Below, one piece after another: positions 1 to 10,553 of a DNA stretch of 64,000 bases (within the stretch, counting starts at the first letter, position 1; every line of letters starts with the position of its first letter). A program made the position numbers and the translations under genes. This stretch comes from Cyanophora paradoxa CCMP329 (Eukaryota; Plantae; Glaucophyta): contig QPMI01000044.1 in assembly GCA_004431415.1 (NCBI GenBank), positions 372,001-436,000 of the forward strand. Reading direction: 5' to 3'. A model generated the notes under the pieces. That model was given only the letters and a program-made list of their open reading frames with translations, had not been told where the DNA came from and did no database searches.

Positions 1-3000
1 CAAGCCGCAGTCTCCGGGTGCGCGCGCCCCAACTTCGCCTCTTGAATCGCGAGCGCCCGCTGCGCCGCACGGCAAATTTAAGCGTCATCGCAGACAATTT
101 ATGCAGTTCGCGCGCCTGGAGGAATGGCTCTGCCTCTGCGTAGCGCCCGAGGGCGACGAGGAGCGCGCCGGCCGCTGCGAAGTCGTCCGCGGTCGCCTCG
201 GCCGCTTGGAGGCCAAGGGCCCTCTCGTACGCCGCGGGGGCCTCCTGCGCGCGCCCCGACTGGGTCCAGTACCGCGCGAGCTCGTGGCGCGTCGCGTCGT
301 CGCCCCCGAGGCGCCTGAGGACGTCCAGCTCCCCGAGGAGCGCCGCGAGCTTCTCGTCCTCCCCGGCGCGCCAGAGCTGCCAGGGTCCCTCCTCCGCCCG
401 CCGCTGCGAGGGCGCCTGCGCGGCGAAGAACTCGCCCAGGCGCCTGTGCACCCGCTGGCGTTCGGCCCTGTCCCAGAAGGAGAGCCCGAAGGTCTCCGCC
501 GCCGCCTGTGCACGCCCCGTTGAGCGCGAGTGCAAGTGAAGCATAGCGCGCGGCCGCGGGCGCTGCATTAAATTCGTGCCCCGGCCCGCTCACCTCGGAC
601 GCCGCGAGGTGGAGGAAGCCCCACAAACCGTCTGCGGAATCTGATTATCGGACCATACATGCTGGAGCTCGCGGCCAGCGCACGCACCGCGGTCCACGAG
701 GACCGCCGAGGCCGCAGACGTGAACTCGAGCCACCGCAGCGGCGTCACTCCGGTCCCTGCCTCGCCCTCGCCCCCGCCCGCGGCCTCGCCGACGCCCAGC
801 AGCCGCCGCAGCTCCGACTCCGCCAACCCGTGCCGCGAGCGTGCCAGGGCCCCCAGGGCGTCCTTGACGAGCTCCGCGCCGTACTGCTGCGACCAGCGCC
901 GCATCTGACGTGTACAGCGCATAAGGGCGCGCCAAATTAAAGCGCGAAGAGCGAGGCGGGCATAAGCGCAAAGAATGCTAGCGTTAATATATATATACGG
1001 GCGAAGTGAATTAGACAACCATATGCATCTCACCATGAGTGCGAAGAGGGAGGCCGGGTCGTGGCACGCGAGGCACTCGGCGAGGCGCGCCTCGAGCGTG
1101 GCGTGCACCGCAGCGTCCCGGAGCTCGTGCAGCGCCTGTAGCGAGAAAGATGCCGTCAGACTCTGAGAAGCTAAGGGCAACTGCGAACAGTGAAAGTGGA
1201 CGCGCGCGCGCGCCGTGAGGAGGAAGAGCGGGTGCTTAAGTGGAAAGCTTAAGTGAAAGCTTTAGTGGAAAGCTTAAGTGGAGCTTAAGTGGAAGAGCGG
1301 AGCTCAAGGAGAAAGCTAGCGGTATTAGAAGAACAATAGAAGTGAGAGCGCGCGCCGTGAGGAGGAACAGCGGGTTCGCGGCCTGCGCCGCGCCGCAGAG
1401 GCGCTCGAGCATGTCGTCGGAGAGGGCCTTTCCGGCGACCTCCAGCTCCGCGCGCGCCACCGCCCGCCGCTGCTCCGGGCCGAGCGGCGCGACCCCGCAC
1501 GCCACGTGCGGCCGCCGCCGCACCGCCTGCTCGGCGTGCCCGGGCTCCCCTGCGTGTACCGACTCAAGCTGGAGCGCGAGCGCCGGCGGCGTGCGCGGAC
1601 CGTCGGACCGCACCGTGCTTCAAGACGCACGAGACGACGATGCGGAGCCGCGGCGAGGCGGCGGGGAGCCACTGGAGCCGCTGCGCCCCCGCGCCGGCCT
1701 CCTCCAGCAGCTGCGTGCGCGCGCGCGCACGTGATCATGAGCCGCTTGCGCAGGCAGGCAGGCAGGCAGGCGCGCCCGCACCTGATCCAGGGCGTCCAGC
1801 ACGAGCACTGCCCGCCGCGGCAGCGCGGGCCCCGCCGCCGCGAGCCACGCGCAGAACGCGAGCGCCTCCTCGACGTCCCCGGTCGCCATCGGCTTCTCCA
1901 GCGCCGGCAGCTCGGGAAAGGCGCCGCGCAGGTCCTCGTACACGCGACTGACCCGGCCGATCAAATCGAAACGGTGCCAAAAAGATCGTAAACGGCGCAC
2001 CGAAGCAGGCCGGCGAGGCGGGCGCTCTCCCGCGAGCCGCCGACGAAGTGGACCAGGACGAAGTCTCCCGCGTGCCGCTCCCGCCACGACTCCGCCCAGT
2101 TTGCGAGGAGCGCTGGTCGCGCACGTCAAGCTGGATTTCAAAGGGGATGGAGCGCGCGCGCGCGCGCGCGCGCTCACCGCTCTTGCCGCAGCCGCTGGCG
2201 CCGCTCACGATCGCGATCTCGGGTCCCTCGCCCGCCGCGTACGCGTCGAGGTCCGCCGCCGCGCCTTCGGGGGCCGCGTACATGCGCCGCCGCGCGTCCC
2301 CGAACGCGCCGTGCGCGCGGCGCTCCTTCTCGAGCCACGGGAGCTCGGAACCCGCCGGGTAGTCTCGCTCCACCATCTGCCGGCCGCGGGCCGCTCTCAG
2401 TATGGGACCTGCAAAGCTCCCAGTCTACCCGACTTCTTCTTCGCACCGCCATGACGTCGTCGTGGATCGCGCCCGCGAGCTCCTCCGGGCCTCCGTAGTC
2501 CGGGAGCGTCACGGGCAGCCCGGCGGCGCGGACTGCGTCCTTGAGGGCCGCCAGCCGCGCCGCCGCGTGCGGGCCCTCGCCGTTCTCGTCTCCGCCCCCC
2601 CGCCCGAAGTAGAAGCGGCTCGTCTCCCGCTGCACCCGCGGCGCCCCCTGCCGGACCCAGCTCAGGAAGGGGAGGAGAGGGAGATGGAGGGAAGGGGGGG
2701 AGGGGGGGGGGGGGGGGGGCGACGGAGGTGGGGGGGAAGGTGGAGGGCCGAGGAGGGGTAGGGTATTAGGGGTAGGGGTAGGGAGGGACGACAGAGGGGG
2801 GGGGGGGGGAAGGGTTGAGGGCAGTCGGGGGGAAGGGGGGGAGGGGAGAGGCCGGGGAGAGGGTAGGGATAAGGGGGTTGGGGTAAGGAGGGGCGACGGA
2901 GGGGAGGGAAGGGAAGAGGGCGGGGGGAGGGGGGGGGGGGGGGGGGGGGGGGGGCGGCGGCGGCGGCGAAGGAGCGGGGGTGGCGGCGGAGGAGGGGGTA

Positions 3001-4304
3001 AGGGGGAGGGAAAGGGGGGGGGAGGGGAGGGGGGGGAAGGGGGGGAGTAGGGTATTATAGGCGAGAGCGCACGCTGGCGTCGACGAGGGCCCCGAAGATG
3101 ATCTCCAGCTCGGTCGCGCTGCGGTCCGCGTACCCCCGCACGAACGGGAAGCGGCCCTCAGCCCGCGCGAAGGATCTGCGCCCCGAGTCAGTAGGTCCCC
3201 GGCCCGCGCGCCTCGAGCTGCGCCGAGGGCTCAGCGGCTCGCGCACGCTGCGAGGAGCACGTCCGTCGGCCCGTCGGGAGCCTGGTGCCACCTGCGACCG
3301 CACGCGTGCGTGCACGTCAAGCTAAAGCCGTCAAGCCACGGAGGGGGGGGCGCGCCCGTATCGTGCTTTCAGGAACCTGCGGAGATGGCAGCGCCGCGTG
3401 AGCCCCGACAGGAGCGCGCGGCCGCCGGCGCCGGCGCGGAACGCACCCGATGAAGTACTTCGAGCGCGCCACCTCCTCTAAGCACAGCCGCAGAACCTGC
3501 GCCGCAGCAGCCGTCCCCCGAGAGATGAATGCCACGTCCGCGCCGCAGCCCGCACGCGTACGCCCGCAGCCACTGCGCACCTCACCGCTCTCCGCAGCCT
3601 CGCGCGTGATGCCCCACCTGCCGCTGCGTCGATGGGCCGCAAAAGCAGGCCCTGAGCCTCTAGCTCGCATGCGCACCGGAGATCTGCGAAGGCGGACGAG
3701 TGTCATCCCAGGAACATCGCACACGAGTCCGCGCGGCGCGTCCGGCGAGCGCACCGACGGGGACGAAGAAGAGGCCGCGCGCGTCGAGGGCGCGCCGCAG
3801 CCGCGGCACGGCGGAGGCGAAGATCGCCCGCCGCTCCTCTTCCATGTCCTGGCGTGCGCGACGAGGAAAGGAATGATGGTAAGGACGCATGTACGCCAGC
3901 TTGAGATTCGATCCACGCTGGCGCACTTTGAAAGTCGAGGAGAGGAAGACGCGGACGGTGCGATCGGGTTGCTCGGGGCGGGGTGCGACTGCAGCTGCGG
4001 CTGCTGGTTGGGGCGCAACTGGCTCTGGACTTGAAGTGGCGCCTGAAGTGCTGCGCTCGGGACGCGCACGGGCGGCACTGCGGCCTTCGCTTTCGACCGC
4101 TGCGGCGACGTCGGGCTGCGCGGGAATGGCGTGTCCATGAACGAACATAGCTGCTGCAGAGTGCTCGTTTGCCGGGGGAGCGCGCTCGGGGCTCGAGGTC
4201 GGGTTCGGCGCCGGAGCCATGCTAGGCGCCGGCGCCGAGCCTGCAGGCGCCCGCGATGCCGATGCACTCGATGCCACCGGTGACGCGGACTGGCAGCTCC
4301 CCAT
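1..4304 (-). CDS. DUF4062-NACHT/STAND NTPase-TPR protein (NPHP3/TEP1/NWD-like, NLR-like); multi-exon, 3' end runs off the window start
   Basis: Spliced exons give RTVRVFLSSTFK|DMEEERRAIF...DLR|WGITREAAESGE|VLRLCLEEVARSKYFIG and SATELEIIFGAL (DUF4062). Also Walker A IVSGASGCGKS (~2176-2215), Walker B VLVLDALDQ (~1783-1810), NPLFL motif, GLAESELRRLL winged helix, and TPR exons LGRYAEAEPFLQ|RALAIQEAKLGRAHPETAA (1-150). Start taken at MGSCQS (ATG 4304). Confidence 0.85.
1234..1320. repeat. Intronic minisatellite of ~12-13 bp AAGTGGAAAGCTT-like units
   Basis: cttaagtggaaagcttaagtgaaagctttagtggaaagcttaagtggagcttaagtgg read directly. Confidence 0.8.
2660..3056. repeat. ~400 bp G-rich purine tract (C-rich intron of the NACHT gene), G-quadruplex-prone
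   Basis: Almost continuous GGG/GGGG runs, including homopolymers of ~18-25 G. Confidence 0.8.
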
Positions 4305-5100
4305 TCGGGCGAGGCCCTCAGATGTCATCCGCCGACCCCTGTACCCCACTCTGTCATACCTTGTACTCCTGACCCCGGCCCCCCCCCGCCTATATTAGCT
4401 AGCGATCGCGAGCCCCATGGGCCATCCCCTCTGTAGCTGCATATAGATCTACCCTTGATCATGAAACGGCCACGTGCACGGCTCTCTTGCAATTATAATT
4501 AAAGGCTTAGAGCTCGAGCATCCCCCCGCCGGCGCCGCGGCGCAATGGGCCGGGCCGCAGCCGGTCACGATATCGATGGCCATGGGGTGGAGTAGGTAGA
4601 GAGGCAGCGGGGGGCTGGGGCCGGGGAGATAGTTGACGTTGGGCTGGCGCCGGCGAGCTCATGATCAGGGTTTGAAACTGATCATAAGCGGCGAGATAAC
4701 AAATTATGATGAGAAGAAAGAGGCCTAGGAGGGCGTGTTCCCTCAGGGTCCCAGCTGCAGGCGGGACAGAGAAGGCCCTGAGGGGGCAGGGGATCCGGAG
4801 GCCGTGGGATGGTTGCGCGGGCAGGCATTCGAATTAAAAATTGCTTCGATTGCTTCGAATTGAATTCGAACTTCGGAAATCGATATGAATTCGAATATTA
4901 ATATTCATATTTTCATTTTTCATAAATGTCCCCCTGACGTATAGGGTCCCCTCCAGAGGCACATAGTCCAGAGGCACACGTGCACGCTGCGTTATTCATG
5001 ATTTGGATACAGATTATTACATATCATGATCATGATAGAAACGTATACGAATGCTTAATCAATCCTGCGGCTGTCCGTGATCATGATCGCTAATATAACT

Positions 5101-7502
5101 CTAACTAAGATACACGTTTCCGCGGACGACTGGAAAGCACGACTGCTGAACGTAAACGCCCGCGCACCGAACCCCATAATCAAGTTCTCGTATCCGCTCG
5201 AACTCATTGCGCTCAATGGTGCCCTTGCCCCCTTGGCACACGATGATTCCCCGAGACTGGTCAGCAATCCTGCCGCAATTGCAAACAGCACGAAAATTGA
5301 AATGCGAAGAGTCATGATCAGCGATCCTGAAGTCAATTGAAGCTGCAATAAACTATATCGCCGCACCAGTTGGCGGTCACAACAGGATCGGCCCCGGAGG
5401 CGATTGCAACGCCTGCGTTTCCATTGTGTTGCATCTCGCACGAATCCAGAAGGCCTTTTGCTTTGGAGTGGAAGTAGACGCCAGACAGCCCGCAGTTATG
5501 GACGTGGTTAGCTGCAAAGAACGAGTTTAGTACAGATCCAATTCCGAAGCGTGGCGGGCCGGCTCGCAGGATTGGGGCCGTCCCCTCGCAGGTTACCTCG
5601 CAGGATTGGGGCCGTCCCCTCACCGGAGATTTCGATGCCCCTGCCGCCCGTCTTGGATATGTCGCAGTTCTCGATGACGGCTCGGCTGCCGTCCTTGATC
5701 CAGAGAGCCCGCATGTTGGTACGCGTGTCTGTGCACGTGCACAGGATTAAAAGATTAGCACTGATCATGAAGTCCATGAAAAGGAGCGCTATAGCTATGG
5801 CTAGCGCACCTTGGATCGTATTTGCAATGGTGATGCCCTTGATGCTCGGGGCGAATGGTCCCTTGCAAAGGACTGTGAAGCTCCGCTCATCGACATCGCG
5901 ATCGAGCTGGTTGTCCCACAGGAGGACCGCCTGCCGCGACCCTACGATGTGCACCTCCTTGTCCAGTACTACTTGCTCCTTGTATCTGCATGCAAGGGCA
6001 AGCGGATTCAGAGAACAGGCGCCAAGATCCGATCGCGAGCACGAGTCACGGGTCACGCACATGCCGGCGTCGAGTCGGATCGTCTGCCCCGGAGCAGCGC
6101 GCCGCACGGCGTCCATGATACTATTAAAAGGCGCCACGCAGAATTCCACAAACCTCACACGTAAACCCCTGGGGACGGTAGAGGCAACTGGGGCAGGTTG
6201 CGGCTGCGAAGAATAAAAATCGAGAAACGCTCACGCGGACGCCTCAATCGCACCTGATGTGCGCGGGGCTGAGGTTGCAATTGCGACGAGCTCGCGGCCG
6301 GCGCCGCGGCAGGGGAAGTCGCGATTGCGGGCCGCTTCCGTGCCAGCTCGGCCGAAGCGGCCTCCGCCTCGTCCGCGCGCCGCCGCTCGACGCGGAGCTG
6401 CTCGCGAAGCTCTCCGACCTGCCGCTCCAGCGCGCCTGCAGGAGCGCTCGGGCGTCGGACCGTACCGAGGCGCTGAATGTGCTCCGAGCGCACCCTTATC
6501 GCGCGCGAGGGCCTCCTTCGCTCGGTTCGCGTCGTCTGGCGCACGCGAGTAAGCAACTGGAAATTCATGTAAGATCGAAGCTTAAGGACTTGGCTACTCA
6601 CCCCGGTCGCGAGTGAGCCGCAGAACGAGTTCTTTCAAACAGTTCCCTGTGGCGCAAGCTCAAGTGAGCGGCGCGGAAGGGCGGTGCAGACAATAGATAT
6701 AGGGACGCGCCTAGGTGGGTCTGCCGATCGCGCGCGAAGAGGATGGCCGTGCAGCCGAGTCCCGCGTTGGGGCACGGCGGTCGGCACGCCGCCTCGTGCG
6801 CCTGCGGGGGCAGCAGTCAGCGAGGAAGTGGTGTACATGTGGATGATGGCATGCGGGCGCGCACGGGCAACTCGTCGATGTGCAAGACGGCGCCGCAAGA
6901 GCCGCAGGGCGCCCGCCCCGACGGACAGCTCTTAGTGTGGTTCACGAACGACGCCAGGTCGCCGCGCCATTTGCATCCCCGTGCTTGGAACCGGCAACTG
7001 CGCGCGGGCGGCGCGGCGCGGTCGACGTCATTGATCATGATCATGAAGGCCGCGGCCGGGGGCGCCCCCAGCGAAGCGCACCGGACGCGGAGCTCGTTGA
7101 TGCGGCGGCTGATGAACTGCGCTGGCTTGAAGCGCTCGCGCGAGATCGCCTCGCGGTCCACGGGGCATTTGAGCTCCGGCTGCAATCGCCCGCGGCCATA
7201 AAGCTGCTGCGCGGCCGCGGCGGCGGTTTCCGCTCCGCGAGCCAGGTCGTCGGCGCACTTCCGACAAAGCGCGTGCTCTTTCGAGCACCCCAGCAGAGTC
7301 TGTGAGGGCGCGCGCGTCGTGTGATCATGATCAGCGGGGCCGCGGTCGAGAGGGAACACGCCCGCAGACGCACGGGCTCGCGCATGACATGGCAGCAAAT
7401 CGGACATGTGAGCTCCAGCCCCTCCGCCTTCTTCTCTTCGCCTGGCTCGAAGATTTCCGAGGGCCACCCGCCTTCGTCGCTCGCAGCCGAGCTCGACGCC
7501 AT
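5101..7502 (-). CDS. RING + TRAF-type zinc fingers + coiled coil + right-handed parallel beta-helix (FBXO11/NosD-like) protein, probable E3 ligase
   Basis: LTCPICCHVMREPV..GCSKEHALCRKC..LKCPVDR (RING). INELRVRC..RGCKWRGDLASFVNHTKSCP..CGSC..HEAACRPPCPNAGLGC (TRAF/Sina fingers). Coiled coil LERQVGELREQLRVERRRADEAE. FNSIMDAVRRAAPGQTIRLDAG.YKEQVVLDKEVHIVG and repeats AVIENCDIS..GIEISGEGTAPILRANHVHNCGLSGVYF (beta-helix). Confidence 0.8.
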
Positions 7503-8723
7503 TGTGCTCAGGCAGGCCCGTCCAAGTGCTCTGTCCTATTTGCGCGCTGTCACGCTGCGCATGTTGATGAGATCGCTGGCGTGCACGAGGGCAGCTGCGG
7601 CTGGCTCCCACGAGCTTCCGACGCGATCTCCTCTGCTACCCTGCTCTCCTCGCGGGCGGGAGGTCGCCGCACGTGGCGCCCGCAGCTGCGGACTCGACGA
7701 AGCCTGTACCCCGGCCGCGGATGAGTCCGTAGCCTGGACCGCAGGCGCCCGCGCGCGGGCTCGAGCTCGAGTTCTTCTTCCTCTTGGCGCGCGCGTGCGC
7801 TGGGATCCTCTGATCAGATTCGTGTCTAGCCCGCCCTTGCCCCCCGCGCGCGCCGGCGCCGGCGCCGCGCGCCGGCGCCGGCGGACCGAGAGGGAGCTCG
7901 ATGCAGAGTCGCCGCACGCGGCCCCCCTGCTCGAGCGCGGCGCGGGAGCAGCTTCTCGCCATGGCCACCCGCCGCGCGCGAGGCCGACGGCGCCGCGCAG
8001 CGCCCGCAATTTACGTATACTCTCAGCTCCGCGGCATGCGCAGGCGACGGGAGCGCAGGCAGAGGTGGATCCCCGGAGCCTCGGAGGTGGGCGCGCCGCA
8101 CCTTATAATTAATTTATAAGCTTGAGCCTTAAGGCCTCCCCCCCCCCCCCCCCCCCCCCCCCCCGCCCTTCTCTTCTCCCTGTTTAACGTTTAATTATTT
8201 TATAAGCCTGGTCGGTACCGATCCGCATGCACACCCCGGCCTCCCCCTGGCCCCCCGCCCCCTGACCCTTGACCGACCCTGATCCGAAATGCACTGGCAT
8301 TACATGAAAGACTACGGGATTCGTAGATAGCCGTGTCGAAGGACGCAATTGCGAGCAATTGCGGAAACGAAACCCCGCCACTGGGCCAGCGGCGCCGGAT
8401 CTAGACGCCAATGTATGCGCTTGGCCATGGAGCGCGCTGGAGGACTGGGATGGATGGTCGGTGGAGATCTAGAGGACTCGACGGCGGCGTGGCCGCTGTT
8501 CGCCTTCCCCCTCGCCGTCAGCCGGAGAGCATATGCATGACGGCGAGAGCATGACGGCGCCGGATCTAGACGCCAATGTATGCGCTTGGCCATGAGATCT
8601 AGAGGACTCGATGGAGGACGTGGCCGCTGTCCGCCTTCGCCTTCCTCCTTCGCCTCCTTCGCCTTCCTTGGCGGCGGCGGCGGAAAAGGCCGCTGTTCGC
8701 CTTCCTCCTCTTCCCCCTCGCCG

Positions 8724-9997
8724 TCAGCCGGAGAGCATGACGGCGAGGTACTCGTCGAAGTTGATCAGGCCGCTCTTCGTCGGATCCAGCTGTACCCCCG
8801 CGCCCCCCGCCGCCAGTCAGCCGGGGGTCGGTCTTCGAGGGCCAGGGCGGCTCAGCGGCTGGCGCTTGATGTCTTGGGGCGGCTAGCGGGAGCTTGATGA
8901 CTAAAGGAAGCGCAAGGCGCAGACAGAACGCAGAGAAGGGAAGAGAGGAGGGAGGGAAGGGCTTGGAGGCCTAAGCGTGGGGCCGCGGGTGGCGGCGCAT
9001 GCGCACCTGGGCAAGCAGCTGCCGGGCCTGCTCTTCTGTCATCGGTTCGGCGGGGTACTGCGTCAGCGCCGGGATCAAATCCTCCGTCCGCACGTGCCCC
9101 GGGGGGACCTTCCCCGAGCGGAAGATCTGGCGGGGGTACGGGATAAGAGGGGCTTCGAAAGGGGGGGGGGGGGGGATTTGTGGGGGTGGTACCTGGAACG
9201 CTTTCTCCGCCTCGTCCGGCTTGACGGGCGGCTCGGCCTTCTTCGCCATTAGCTGCACGAACTCTGCGGGGTACATGCCCCGTTGGATTCGAATCCAAAG
9301 TGGCCCCGATCGGATTCGAACTAACATACCCTCGAAGCTGATCTCGCACTCGTCGCCCGTCTTGTACTCGGGGCGGAACCTGCGCCCGCATCGGCGGCGG
9401 CAGATGGCTAATGGGGGGGGGGTATCGCTTACTCCTGGATCATCTTAATGAGCTCCTCCTGCGGGCGAGACTGTCAGCCTAGGCAGGGGGCTGGAAGGGT
9501 GGCAGAGGGTAGGGAAGATGCGGGCGGGGCGCGGGCGGGCGCGCCTCTGTCGGCTTAAGGCCCAGCGAGCCCATCAGCTTCTGGATCTCGCTCTTGTCGA
9601 TGGCCCCGCGCGGCGTCTGCGGGGGGCGGCGTCGGCGGGCGCGCGGGGCGAGCGAGACGCGCTCCGCGGCCCGCGGGCCGACCTCGCAGTCGACCACGTC
9701 GAAGATCTCTGCTCGCGCATGTGAGAACGCGGGAGGACGGTCGCTGCGGGGGTCGCCCGCACCTCGGAACTCGTTCACTTCTCGCACTGTGAGCGTCGGC
9801 CACGTCTGGTGCGGCTGCGGCGGCGCCGTCAAGGGCGGAAAGAGGACCCTCAACTGCGCCCGGGCAGCGCGCACCTGGTCAAGCGGATCGAGCATGAAGC
9901 TGAGGCCCTTCCGCATGCGCCTGCTCCGGGTCCCCGCCCCCTCCTCCTCGGGGTTCTCCTCCTTCGGTTCCTCCCCGGTGTCTTCAAAGTTCACCAT
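8724..9997 (-). CDS. Calmodulin/centrin-like EF-hand protein
   Basis: Spliced: LTVREVNEFREIFDVVDCE..GAIDKSEIQKLMGSLGLKPTEEELIKMIQE..ECEISFEEFVQLMAKK..EAEKAFQIF..GHVRTEDLIPALTQY..MTEEQARQLLAQ|LDPTKSGLINFDEYLAVMLSG*. Four EF-hand layout, with loops 1-3 degenerate. Confidence 0.8.
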
Positions 9998-10553
9998 CGC
10001 TCGGCGGTGTGCGCTGCGTCAGGCGCCCGCCTCGTCTGTCACCGTGTGTGCCCTCGTCGACGCAGTTTCTAGACCTCCGCTCTGGAAGCGCTGAACGGCA
10101 ACGTGATGCTTGAATGAGCTGCAACGGTGCTCTTCCGGCGGTGCAAAGCGCCCCCGCTGCTTGTGCCAGGCGCTGTCTCGCGCGGGCGGCCGGAAAGCCA
10201 AACGCGGCTCGGCGGGCGTTGGGCTAGCTTTAAATCGGTGCGCTGGGTGCTGGATCCTGCTGGGCTGGCGGGCCAGAAGTGCGCGGCGGTGCTGTTTTAG
10301 CTTGGACTGTCAAAGTACTGGGGTTTCGAGTCCGGACAGGAACCATTACGAAGCAAAAACAGAGCAGCTTGCGAGGCTCGCGAAAGGCACAGACGAGCAC
10401 GTTTCTGGTACCAGCGTGCTCAACAAAGCGTCAGAAAGCGATCAGAGCGATTCCTGGCGCCGTGGATGCGTCCTGGTCGGCGCTCCAGCCGCAGACGAAG
10501 ATAGGACAGCTAGAGCCGGTTTGGAGGCAGCGCCGAAGGGAGGCGCAGCAAGT

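Noticed and set aside
8137-8164. Poly-C run as a telomeric or functional element
   Set aside because: Simple homopolymer like many others in the window, with no telomeric repeat unit.
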